The notes beneath the pieces are model-generated. The model was not told the origin of the DNA and made no database searches. It saw nothing but the letters and a program-made list of their open reading frames with translations. From Candidatus Micrarchaeota archaeon (lineage in GTDB: Archaea; Micrarchaeota; Micrarchaeia; Anstonellales; Bilamarchaeaceae), in assembly GCA_964434735.1 (NCBI GenBank), contig CAYSWK010000005.1, positions 1-55,432 of the forward strand: a DNA stretch of 55,432 nucleotides. Direction: 5' to 3'. Every line of letters begins with the position of its first letter. Within the stretch, counting starts at the first letter, position 1. Positions 28,161-37,293 of the stretch are shown here, piece by piece. Both the position numbers and the translations under genes were made by a program.

Positions 28161-28676
28161 CTACTCGGCTATGACGCGGTAGGTTCCTGAGAGTTTGCGT
28201 TGTGCACGTGCAAATGCCTTCTTGATCGTATCTACATTTGCCTTGTAGGTATATACGGTGAAGAGATCTGTTTGTGCGTGAATTCTTGCAGCCTTGTGGG
28301 TTGGTCTGCCAAATGATTGCCTCATTCCTTTCTGGAGACGGTCTGCACCGGCCCCTGCAATCATTTTGTTTTCACGGACTACATGGTGAGGGAAAACCCT
28401 GACGACAAAGTAGTACATTCCGGCAATTGACTTTTCAAGGTGCTTGTTTGCACTTTGCCTGCTTGCTTCAAGGGTGTTGTCCCTTTCAACAACGGGGTTT
28501 ACTGCACGTAAGTGCAATACGCAATCAAAATCCTCTTTTTTTGAGCCCATCCTGAACACCTGAAGGTGCTGGTGGGGGACATTGGGGATAAAGTTCATTT
28601 TTTGATTGGTCTTTGAATGCCTTGTCCATGCGACTTTTGTCATCGAACGTACACATCGTGCTGGTCTGATTCCCAT
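28161..28676 (-). CDS. rpl10e: 50S ribosomal protein L10e (uL16)
   Basis: RPARC, LEASRQ, RVFPHHVVRENK, GADRLQKGMRQSFGRP. Confidence 0.97.
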   Translation of the reverse strand: MGIRPARCVRSMTKVAWTRHSKTNQKMNFIPNVPHQHLQVFRMGSKKEDFDCVLHLRAVNPVVERDNTLEASRQSANKHLEKSIAGMYYFVVRVFPHHVVRENKMIAGAGADRLQKGMRQSFGRPTHKAARIHAQTDLFTVYTYKANVDTIKKAFARAQRKLSGTYRVIAE

Positions 28677-28905
28677 GAATATTCACCTAATACAGTATAT
28701 CATCTAAACGTAGTTTGTCAATATTGATTCGATACTTTTATAAATCCACGGACGGTGCTGTCCTTTTTTGTGCAGATTGTGGGGTTTGGAAAGTCTTATT
28801 TGTGAATATATAATAAGGGGTAACTTAGACGGGGACAGTCGGTAGTTATTTAAATGTTTGTCTCCTTTGAAAATCGTATACCTGAAAAGGTTAGGTGATG
28901 TATTT

Positions 28906-29358
28906 ATGGCAAAAAAATCCATGGGTAACATGGAAAATGGAACGGGATCAAAAATGAGTAAAACCTCAGAAGAAATTGGTTCAAAATATGGAGCATACCT
29001 CTTTATTGCAGGGATTGTACTTGCGTTGGTTCTTGGAGCATTCAGCTCGATGGTACCCGCAAACTTCTTGCCTATCGGTGTTGCACTCCTTGCAGTACTT
29101 GGTTTTGCAGTTGGTTTGTTCAACATTTCAGAATCAGAAATGGACTCCTTCCTGATTGCAGCTGCAGCATTGCTTGTAGCGTCACAAGGGTTCGTTGGTA
29201 GCCTCGTAGGCCTTTCAGCACAAGTTGCTGGCGTCCCCTTGGTTGTTGACATCTTCAACATTGTCATCGGATTGGTACGAGAACTTCCATTCTTCGTTGC
29301 ACCTGCAGCTGGTTTGGTTGCAGTCAAATCCGTATGGAAGTTGGCAAAGGACAGGTAA
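28906..29358 (+). CDS. Small membrane protein of unknown function
   Basis: AGGTGA SD before ATG 28906; four hydrophobic segments; GLFNIS and FVAPAA. Confidence 0.8.
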   Translation: MAKKSMGNMENGTGSKMSKTSEEIGSKYGAYLFIAGIVLALVLGAFSSMVPANFLPIGVALLAVLGFAVGLFNISESEMDSFLIAAAALLVASQGFVGSLVGLSAQVAGVPLVVDIFNIVIGLVRELPFFVAPAAGLVAVKSVWKLAKDR

Positions 29359-29443
29359 TTTCCTTTTTCTTTTTTCTTTTATTTCAAAAAGTGCCTCTCT
29401 TTTTAACCTCTTGGATGCATCTTTATTTTGATTTGTGATTTTC

Positions 29444-31189
29444 ATGGCTAGTACCCGTATTGCAGTTATTGACCGCGAGCTTTGCATAAAGGAAAAATGC
29501 GGCTATGCGTGCGAGCATGTTTGCCCTCCCAACCGAATGGGTGAAGAGTGTATTACCATTGAAAAGGCAACAGATTTTCCAGTCATTTCAGAAGAATTAT
29601 GCATTGGCTGCGGCCTTTGCGTTAAAAAATGCCCTATGGATTGCATTACGATTATTAACATGACTCATGAATTGACCGATCCCGTTTACCAGTATGGCAT
29701 CAACGCGTTTCGGCTTTATGGTCTTCCCTTGCCCGCTAGTGGCTGTGTTTCATTGGTTGGTAAGAACGGTATTGGGAAAACAAGCGCATTGAAGCTGCTT
29801 TCCCGTTCGATGAATCCCAATTTTGCACAGTTCGATCGTGCATTGAGCGAGAAGGAGATTCTTGAGAAATTGCCCATTGAAACCCGAAGGTATTTCCAGG
29901 AGCTTGGTGAATCGGTTCGCATGGTAAGCATGAAACCTCAGTATGTTGATCGTATCAGGGATGCGTTCAAAGGCACCGTACGTCAGCTGCTTGAGACTGT
30001 TGCGGGAAAGGATGCTGCGGCACGGGGAGTTGAATTGTTTGACCTCTCTAAATTTCTTGACCGAACGCTTTCACAGCTTTCCGGCGGCGAGCTTCAAAAA
30101 ACTGCAATTGCGGTTTGCTATCTGAAGCAGGCAGACCTGTATTATTTTGATGAGTTCACCAATTATCTTGATATCGAAGAACGGCTTAAGGGCGCACTTA
30201 TTTTGAAGGATCTTTCATCACAAAAGCAAGTGATGCTCGCTGAGCACGATCTTACCATTCTTGATTACGTAAGCGATTACGTATATCTCTTTTACGGTGA
30301 GGAAAACACGTATGGCATCGTTTCACATATTCGCGCAGTTCGGGCGGGGATAAATGAGTATATTGACGGTTTCCTTGGAGATGAAAACGTCCGTTTTAGG
30401 GAGTACTCGCTTGCCTTTTCCTCATACTCAGAAACGGAAGTCAAGACAAAACCGAAAATTACGTATCCTTCGCTTTCAAAATCATTCAATTCATTTTCAT
30501 TTACTTCAGAAGGCGGAACTATCCGTGAAGGGGAAATCATCGGCCTGGTTGGCAAGAACGCACTGGGAAAATCAGTGTTCATGAAGATGCTTGCAGGAGT
30601 TGAGAAATCAGATGCAAAGCTTCCTGAGCTGAAGATTTCTTATAAACCGCAGTATATTCAACCCGAAGATTGTACGGCACTTGAACTGTTCATGCGCCAC
30701 TCGCTTAACAATGAAGTGCTTGAAGACTGCAAGCGACGATTAAATTTGCATACGTTGCTTGAGAAAAAGCTTACTGAACTATCCGGTGGTGAGTTGCAAC
30801 GGATTGCATTAACATTAGCGCTTTCGCAACCTGCTGATTTGTACCTCTTTGATGAGCCAACGGCATTTTTAGATATTGAGCAGCGTTTTGAATTTGCCTA
30901 CCTTTTACGAAAAGTAATCGGTGAAAGCACCCGTGCGGCATTTGTCATAGACCACGATGTGGTGTTTATGGATACGGTGGCAAGCAGGCTTATGGTGTTT
31001 GAAGGCGAGTCAAGCGTTATTGGAAAAACGTGCGCACCTTTGGCAAAACGGGAAGGGATGAACAAGTTCCTTAAAATTGTCGGCGTTACGATGCGCCGGG
31101 ACAAGGACTCAAAGCGTCCGCGAATCAACAAGCCGCTAAGTGCACTTGATACCGAGCAGAAAAAGAAGGGAGAATATTATTACGTTTAG
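29444..31189 (+). CDS. rli1: Ribosome recycling ATPase ABCE1/Rli1
   Basis: Two FeS motifs (CIKEKCGYACEHVCP, CIGCGLCVKKCP), two ABC domains with LSGGELQ, terminal YYY. Confidence 0.97.
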   Translation: MASTRIAVIDRELCIKEKCGYACEHVCPPNRMGEECITIEKATDFPVISEELCIGCGLCVKKCPMDCITIINMTHELTDPVYQYGINAFRLYGLPLPASGCVSLVGKNGIGKTSALKLLSRSMNPNFAQFDRALSEKEILEKLPIETRRYFQELGESVRMVSMKPQYVDRIRDAFKGTVRQLLETVAGKDAAARGVELFDLSKFLDRTLSQLSGGELQKTAIAVCYLKQADLYYFDEFTNYLDIEERLKGALILKDLSSQKQVMLAEHDLTILDYVSDYVYLFYGEENTYGIVSHIRAVRAGINEYIDGFLGDENVRFREYSLAFSSYSETEVKTKPKITYPSLSKSFNSFSFTSEGGTIREGEIIGLVGKNALGKSVFMKMLAGVEKSDAKLPELKISYKPQYIQPEDCTALELFMRHSLNNEVLEDCKRRLNLHTLLEKKLTELSGGELQRIALTLALSQPADLYLFDEPTAFLDIEQRFEFAYLLRKVIGESTRAAFVIDHDVVFMDTVASRLMVFEGESSVIGKTCAPLAKREGMNKFLKIVGVTMRRDKDSKRPRINKPLSALDTEQKKKGEYYYV

Positions 31190-31737
31190 CTGTCAGAAAG
31201 GGCTGCCTTAATATCTACGTATTCTACTTCTTCATTTTGTTTTCTTCCTTCAACCTGGGTAGGAGGCCCCGTAGTTATCTCGGGAGGTTCGTCCGTTGTT
31301 ATTCCAAGGAAAAACCTGCGTTTTGTTTTTGAATCAATTTCGTGTGTTTTCATATTGGCTGTCGCCACAATCATTTGTGCAGCATGAGTAGTGAGCCATT
31401 TAAGCTCATCAGAGTCATCGACTGGCAGTAATATGATCGGTTTTGACGGATCATTTTCATTAGTTCTTTTCCAGGGAATCATTCGACCGTGTTTATGAGC
31501 CAGTCTGTCTAATCGTGTGCATTGTTGTGCCGTGAGGATTTGAATATGTACTTCAGCATAAAATTTAACTTCAAGCTCCTTTTCCAATTCGAGAATCCGT
31601 AGGATAAAGCGTATAAACCCCCAGTCTCCTTTTAATGAGTCAAGCAAAAGTATTCTTCGATTTCCATTGACGTTTTCAGTATACTCCGTAGTAGTTACTT
31701 GCGTTGGAAGAAATTCGCGTAGAAGTTCCAATTGCAA
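31186..31737 (-). CDS. Hypothetical protein, possibly frameshifted from an ATG at 31853
   Basis: 183-aa ORF from TTG; frame open 18 more codons upstream without a start. Confidence 0.55.
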   Translation of the reverse strand: MQLELLREFLPTQVTTTEYTENVNGNRRILLLDSLKGDWGFIRFILRILELEKELEVKFYAEVHIQILTAQQCTRLDRLAHKHGRMIPWKRTNENDPSKPIILLPVDDSDELKWLTTHAAQMIVATANMKTHEIDSKTKRRFFLGITTDEPPEITTGPPTQVEGRKQNEEVEYVDIKAALSDS

Positions 31738-31905
31738 TGACTGCGGTATTTCGGTAACTGGGTCAGGCTCTATTTTCTTAATCGGATTATCCTTTCAAAT
31801 CGGCTGTCGTGTCTTGAAATAACTTCGCGGCTTGTCACTCCGAGTGTTGACATGCATTCAATATTCGTTCGTACTTTATATAAACGTTGCCTTCATAGTA
31901 TTTTT

Positions 31906-32454
31906 ATGGACCCAATTACCCGTTATTTCTTTGAATCAGGCGAACTCAAGCGCACTCAACGTTCAGGCTGGTGGACTGCACATGTGAAAGATCCTGAATC
32001 AGTTGCAGAACATTCATTTCGAACTGCAGTTATTGCATTTTTCCTCGCTGAATTGGAAGGAGAAGATCCTCATAAAGTTGCATCTGCAGCACTGTTCCAT
32101 GACGTGCACGAAGCACGCATTATGGATATCCATAAAATTGCAAACCGATACGTAAAAGTTGACCATAAGGAAGTTGAAAAGGAGCAAATTGCCGATTTGC
32201 CTTTAGAAATTCGTGAATCGCTTCATTATTTGCTTTTCAACCTTTCAGACAAGGAAAAAACCATACTTAAGGATGCGGATTTGCTTGAAATGGCCTTGCA
32301 GGCAAAGGAATACCAGGAGATTGGTTATCCAACTCAGAGTTGGATTGACGTCGTAAAAGAAAAATTAGTGACAAAAAGCGCAAAGAAAATCCTTGGTGAT
32401 GCCTTGAAATACAAAAGCACCGACTGGTGGAAGGACCTCAAAAGAATTGATTAG
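31906..32454 (+). CDS. HD-domain 5'-deoxynucleotidase, YfbR/HDDC2 family
   Basis: RSGW, ESVAEHSF, ALFHD, LKDADLLE; TTTATATAAA about 25 nt upstream. Confidence 0.9.
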   Translation: MDPITRYFFESGELKRTQRSGWWTAHVKDPESVAEHSFRTAVIAFFLAELEGEDPHKVASAALFHDVHEARIMDIHKIANRYVKVDHKEVEKEQIADLPLEIRESLHYLLFNLSDKEKTILKDADLLEMALQAKEYQEIGYPTQSWIDVVKEKLVTKSAKKILGDALKYKSTDWWKDLKRID

Positions 32455-32564
32455 ACGATTTTGAGAGATGATGGTGTAGTCCATCGGATCTTAAAAAGAT
32501 TGATTAGATGTTTTTGAGAGATGATGGGGCGTAAATACCATCTGATTTAAAGAAGATTGACTAG
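32434..32564 (+). repeat. Three recoded copies of the HD gene 3' end (DLK[R/K]ID-stop) separated by two related hairpin spacers
   Basis: Copies at 32434-32454, 32487-32507, 32544-32564; spacers share TTTTGAGAGATGATGG...CCATC. Confidence 0.85.
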
Positions 32565-32584
32565 GAATTATACTTGGTAGTATT

Positions 32585-33700
32585 ATGGACCTAGAGCGAA
32601 AAATAGATTTGGTAAAACGGCCTCCCACCGAGGAACTTGTCACTGAACAAGATTTACGTGAAATTTTCCAAACATACGCTCATCCACGTCATTATATCGG
32701 TTTTGAGATTTCAGGAATGGTTCATATCGGTTCTGGTCTTTGCACAACTCTTAAAATTCGTGATTTATTAGAAGCGGGCTGTAAACCAACTATTTTCCTT
32801 GCAGACTACCATGCGTGGATTAACGGCAAATTAGGCGGAGATCTTGCAATGATCAAAAAGGTCGGAGTTGGTTATTTCAAACATGCATTTATTTCATTGG
32901 GTTTGGATCCTTCGAAAGTCGATTATATTTTGGCAAGTGAATTATACCAAAAGCGCCCCGATTTTTGGGCAGACGTACTTCGAATTACTAAAGATACAAC
33001 CATGAAGAGGATGATGCGTTGCGTCACTATTATGGGAAGATCGGAAAGCGAAACGCTTTCTTCCGCAAGCATGGTGTACCCCGCCATGCAGGCAGCAGAC
33101 ATTTTCCATTTAGATGCACAGATTGCCCATGCAGGGATGGATCAGAGAAAAGTCCATATGCTTGCACGTGAATTGGCACCAAGTTTCAAGCACAAGTTTG
33201 TTGCGATGCATTCGCACTTGCTTCCTGGGTTGCAAGGCCCAGGTAGAATGAATGCGCCAAGTACGCAATCAACATCGAGCACTCGGCATTCTGACGTTGA
33301 CTCAAAAGTTGAAGCAGAAATGGATGTGAAAATGAGCAAGTCAAAACCTGACTCCGCAATATTTATTCATGATTCAGTTGAGGATATTCAAAGAAAAATA
33401 AAGAAAGCACATTGCCCTGAAAAAGTAGTTGAAGGAAACCCGATGATCGAATATGCTCAGTACCTTGTGCTTCGGGAAAAATCATTGAAAGTTGAACGGC
33501 CTGCTAAATTTGGCGGAGATGTTGAGTTTGCAACTCCAGAAGAGCTCAAAAGCACGTTCACTGAAGGAAAACTTCATCCAATGGACTTGAAAAATGCAGT
33601 TGCAAGGGAGTTAATTGAACTTCTGAAGCCAAGCCGTGAGTACTTTGACAAGCACAAGGAATACTTAGAGCAGATCAAGGGCGCAAGCATTACGCGTTGA
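32585..33700 (+). CDS. tyrS: Tyrosyl-tRNA synthetase, archaeal type
   Basis: YIGFEISGMVHIG, ADYHAWIN, YPAMQAAD, GMDQRK, KMSKS. Confidence 0.97.
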   Translation: MDLERKIDLVKRPPTEELVTEQDLREIFQTYAHPRHYIGFEISGMVHIGSGLCTTLKIRDLLEAGCKPTIFLADYHAWINGKLGGDLAMIKKVGVGYFKHAFISLGLDPSKVDYILASELYQKRPDFWADVLRITKDTTMKRMMRCVTIMGRSESETLSSASMVYPAMQAADIFHLDAQIAHAGMDQRKVHMLARELAPSFKHKFVAMHSHLLPGLQGPGRMNAPSTQSTSSTRHSDVDSKVEAEMDVKMSKSKPDSAIFIHDSVEDIQRKIKKAHCPEKVVEGNPMIEYAQYLVLREKSLKVERPAKFGGDVEFATPEELKSTFTEGKLHPMDLKNAVARELIELLKPSREYFDKHKEYLEQIKGASITR

Positions 33701-33704
33701 AAAG

Positions 33705-34286
33705 TTATTTGAATTCAAAGCTTTTTACAACTTGCCCAAGCTCTTCTTTTTCCTTTTCAGTTGCATCATTTGGTTTTACACTGGTGAATTGGAACACTTT
33801 TGCGTTTTTGCTAATTATGTAATCCGCTTGTTCGCCTTTGAATGCAACGGAGTTGACTTTACGTATTATTTCGATTGCAGGTTGTCCTGCAAACGTCATT
33901 TCTTTTCTTGAAATAAGCGTGTTGGTGCCTTGGGAATTTTCTATTGATTTCATTATTGAATTTTCAAGTTCAGGAATTGATTTCTCACTATATATTGTTG
34001 TCGTAAACCCGATGATTCCTTCCGTTTCCAACGGCACAAGTATGATTTCTGTTGAGGTTTCATATGCATCTTCAACATATTTCCAGGAACTTGGATATCC
34101 TATTGAGAAGAATTCATTTGCATACGTATTGGGTAATTTCATTGTTTCAACCTCTTTATCTTGCGTCGTTGTCATGTTTTGAACAGGTTGTTCTTTCTGT
34201 TCGATTTGCGGTGATTTTTGAGCCGTGCATCCAAAAACAAGGAGAAAAAGACAAAAAAATGTAGTGATTATATGAATATTTTTCAT
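33705..34286 (-). CDS. Lipoprotein, PsbP-like fold
   Basis: LLVFGC lipobox; FSIGYPSSW and FAGQPA typical of PsbP/DUF1795-like proteins. Confidence 0.7.
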   Translation of the reverse strand: MKNIHIITTFFCLFLLVFGCTAQKSPQIEQKEQPVQNMTTTQDKEVETMKLPNTYANEFFSIGYPSSWKYVEDAYETSTEIILVPLETEGIIGFTTTIYSEKSIPELENSIMKSIENSQGTNTLISRKEMTFAGQPAIEIIRKVNSVAFKGEQADYIISKNAKVFQFTSVKPNDATEKEKEELGQVVKSFEFK

Positions 34287-34320
34287 GTGGTGATTGAGGA
34301 TGGCACGTATTTAATCCTGA

Positions 34321-35277
34321 CTATTTTTCATACTCTATCGTATAGTCCTTGCCATCACTTGAAACAACGACTGTTTTTTCGTAAGTCATATACGTTGGGA
34401 TTGACTTGAGGTTTATGATATTGATTGTCCCGCTTCTTCCCGAGTCTGTTTTGATCGTATATTTCTTATCGTAGACTCCTCCTGAAATTACTACTGCCTG
34501 GGGATTTACTTCGTCTAAAAATAGTTTAAGCTGCGTGTTTGATTCGCTAAGTCCCGAATCGGGCACTTGCATAATGTCGCACGGGAGGTTTTCTTTTGCA
34601 TAATTGAGAAGGTATCTTTGTCCGCCCGTATTTATTCTTGAAGTGAGAAGTACGCATGTTTCGCCATAATCGACACGTATGACTGGGGCAAAATTGTTTT
34701 GGTCAGGATCAGTCTGCGAGATCACTGTTAGTTTTACGCCGTCATATGTTTTTGTAAGGCCCGGCATCATAGACACTACGGTTCCTGTTGATGATTGTGT
34801 TTTTAGCAATTGTTCATAGGTGGGACTTTGGTATGATTTTGCCTTAGGTCTCCATACTTCACCTATAATATAATTAGCAAGAACTGTTTTGAGTGCCCCG
34901 CTATATTCCTGATTTGAACTTGTCGTAATGACCAAGTCAAATCGGTCTATATCTTTTTTTGAGATAAATCTGTCGAATGCAGTATATGATTCAAAGCTTC
35001 CCGTATCAACTAAAATGTTTTTGTTTTTTGTCTGAATTACTATTGCTTGCGAATTATCATCCACCGTTGCAATGTCCATAAAATAGAGTGTGAGTCCTTT
35101 TGGTTTGGCAATTATTCCAGGTATTTCCTCTTGAGGCTCATCAGGCGTTTCAGTTACCGTGGTTGGTTTTTCCGTTGTTTTTGTAGTCGTGTTTGCCTGC
35201 TTTTGTTCAGGAAAAAGGGGACCTAAGCAACCAAAAAGAAGGAATGCTACAATAAGGACAATTATGATGTTTTTCAC
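34321..35277 (-). CDS. ComEC/Rec2-type metallo-beta-lactamase-fold lipoprotein lacking metal ligands
   Basis: LLFGC, ILVDTG, VRVDYGETCVLL, VNPQAVVISG; the HxHxDH position reads TSSNQEY. Confidence 0.8.
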   Translation of the reverse strand: MKNIIIVLIVAFLLFGCLGPLFPEQKQANTTTKTTEKPTTVTETPDEPQEEIPGIIAKPKGLTLYFMDIATVDDNSQAIVIQTKNKNILVDTGSFESYTAFDRFISKKDIDRFDLVITTSSNQEYSGALKTVLANYIIGEVWRPKAKSYQSPTYEQLLKTQSSTGTVVSMMPGLTKTYDGVKLTVISQTDPDQNNFAPVIRVDYGETCVLLTSRINTGGQRYLLNYAKENLPCDIMQVPDSGLSESNTQLKLFLDEVNPQAVVISGGVYDKKYTIKTDSGRSGTINIINLKSIPTYMTYEKTVVVSSDGKDYTIEYEK

Positions 35278-35318
35278 AAGCTCACCATACGTGCCAAGTC
35301 AGGGGTATTTTATAAATC

Positions 35319-35900
35319 TTATGTCGACGTAGTGAGGAAATTTTTGAGGATTGTCTCTCCGTGTTCCGTGTGCCATACCTCAGGGTGGAATTGGACAGAA
35401 TATATCTTTTTGGTTTCATGTTCCATCGATTCTATTTTGCAGGTGCTTGAATGGGCAAGAACCTTGAATTCCTTAGGTGCTTTTTTTGCCTCGTCAAAAT
35501 GAGAAACCCATGCCTTGAACTTTTTTGGCACGTTCTTGAAAAGTGTGCCTTCTTTGTCGACAGATATCTCAGAAATGCCGTATTCTGCCGCTGCACCTTT
35601 TGCAACCGTGCCTCCGAATACATGCGTAATGAGTTGATGCCCAAAGCAAATGCCAAGAAGCGGCTGGGTGAGTGTTCCTTCCTTATATTCCTTTACGATT
35701 TCCTCAGCCAAACCGTTGCTTTTTGCATATACTGAAGACGGCCCTCCTGAAAGTATGATTTTTTCGGCAGATTTTATCTGTTCCTTTACTTTCTCGTACG
35801 GCTCGCTGTTTTGGATGATTTCGGCCTCAAAATCCATATCCCTGCAGTTGCGTTTGATAAGATGCGTATACTGTGAGCCTATGTCAATGATGAGTATCAT
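35319..35900 (-). CDS. guaAA: GMP synthase glutamine amidotransferase subunit
   Basis: IDIGSQY, ILSGGP, LGICFGHQ, SHFDE, QFHPE; start set at MILIID. Confidence 0.95.
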   Translation of the reverse strand: MILIIDIGSQYTHLIKRNCRDMDFEAEIIQNSEPYEKVKEQIKSAEKIILSGGPSSVYAKSNGLAEEIVKEYKEGTLTQPLLGICFGHQLITHVFGGTVAKGAAAEYGISEISVDKEGTLFKNVPKKFKAWVSHFDEAKKAPKEFKVLAHSSTCKIESMEHETKKIYSVQFHPEVWHTEHGETILKNFLTTST

Positions 35901-35959
35901 AATTATGATAAACATCGGTATATTTTTATTATGCACGCGACCCTGTACTCTTGATAGTT

Positions 35960-36304
35960 ATGGCAAACGCACACGCTGAAATCCAAGCCGCTTTTATCGC
36001 AGGGGATTTTCAAAAGATCGCAAGCATCGCAAAGTATTCAACTTCAAAGGTAAGAAAGCGCGCAAAAGGAGCACTCGAAGCCGCAGTTCGTGAAATTGAC
36101 CGTACCATAAAGGGCAAGTCTCCAGGGAGCACAGTTACTTACCGAAGCAAACCTCGGGTTGTTTCTGAGCTTCTCCAGTCTCGCGTTTCGCTTATGAATC
36201 TCATTTCACAGGTGCCGTATGATCCTACACCTAACAGTGCAGCAATTAAGGCACGAAAAGACCAGATACTTAAAAAACTCGTGCAGGGTGAGCCTAAAGT
36301 CTAA
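35960..36304 (+). CDS. Hypothetical basic protein
   Basis: 114-aa ORF divergent from guaAA. Confidence 0.6.
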   Translation: MANAHAEIQAAFIAGDFQKIASIAKYSTSKVRKRAKGALEAAVREIDRTIKGKSPGSTVTYRSKPRVVSELLQSRVSLMNLISQVPYDPTPNSAAIKARKDQILKKLVQGEPKV

Positions 36305-36377
36305 TTGCAACACATAAAACTACAAAAACCAACATTTAAAAAGGGGATTTGTTATAGTATCTATTAACTGACAGAGA

Positions 36378-37181
36378 GTGGATACTATGCTAGATACTAC
36401 AAATTACCGTCCATCAGACTTAAACATATATTCGGCACTTGTGGGCAGATACGTGCGAATGCATGATCTTAATGGATTAGCATACTTATTAGATATTGCC
36501 GCAACTCCTCAGGCAACGGGTAAAAACATTGAGCAGATTGAAACGATAAAATCAAAAGCAGCATTTTCTGTTTTGCATCTTCTTAATCGTATTGATGATT
36601 TATCTGAACAATTACGTGGTGCGTATTTTGATCGTACTAGCCTTTCTAATTTTAAATTAACCCGTGCACTTTCCCATGCCCCCGCGGGTCTTGCATTTGT
36701 TTTGGATGTTGTACATAATTCGATGAATTTATTTACGGTTCCTGACGATGACGTAGGTGTTACATTTAAATCAGGCAGAGAGATTTTTTTCAATAAGCCT
36801 CAGTTAACTGCACTACAACTAAAAGTGAGGGCTCTTCTTGCACAGATGGATTCACAATTCCAAGTAGCCCCTCCCGTAGTTGTTTTGGAAGTTTCAACTG
36901 TTCCAGCGCCTTCTCCAAGAGTAGCTTCTTCTTCAAGAAACGTACAAACTATTTTTCATGATGATGATCGACGCCCAACTTTGGTTGAAAAAGGGCGCTC
37001 AGGACTTCAGCGTCCTGAACCCGGTTCAAGGATTGCGAGTCCTGCAGTTGAAGGACCGCGTGGAGTCGCGCACACAGAGGATCTTCCAAAAGGAACCCAA
37101 CTTCCCCAAGGTTCTAGACGTGGGTTTACGGATTTAGGAAGTATTCGTGCTCAAACAGGATTAAAACGCATGCGCTGGTAA
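36378..37181 (+). CDS. Hypothetical protein with disordered C-terminal half
   Basis: 267-aa ORF; TTTAAAAA upstream and oligo-T tract downstream. Confidence 0.7.
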   Translation: MDTMLDTTNYRPSDLNIYSALVGRYVRMHDLNGLAYLLDIAATPQATGKNIEQIETIKSKAAFSVLHLLNRIDDLSEQLRGAYFDRTSLSNFKLTRALSHAPAGLAFVLDVVHNSMNLFTVPDDDVGVTFKSGREIFFNKPQLTALQLKVRALLAQMDSQFQVAPPVVVLEVSTVPAPSPRVASSSRNVQTIFHDDDRRPTLVEKGRSGLQRPEPGSRIASPAVEGPRGVAHTEDLPKGTQLPQGSRRGFTDLGSIRAQTGLKRMRW

Positions 37182-37293
37182 TTTTTTTATTTTTTAATAG
37201 GTACGTCACTTCGTCAATTAACATATTTTTTTGCTTTTTGATACGCTCTTTTTTAAACATTCATTTATTCGTTTATTCTAAACAGGTGCATAT

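Noticed and set aside
28704-29327. 207-aa minus-strand ORF and similar antisense ORFs (7194, 3334, 21201, 50285 and others)
   Set aside because: They overlap well-supported genes on the other strand and have no recognisable motifs.
32434-32564. CRISPR mini-array or integron attC array
   Set aside because: Variable parts are only 6-10 nt, repeats are degenerate, the RYYYAAC/GTTRRRY ends are absent, and no cas or integrase gene is in the window.
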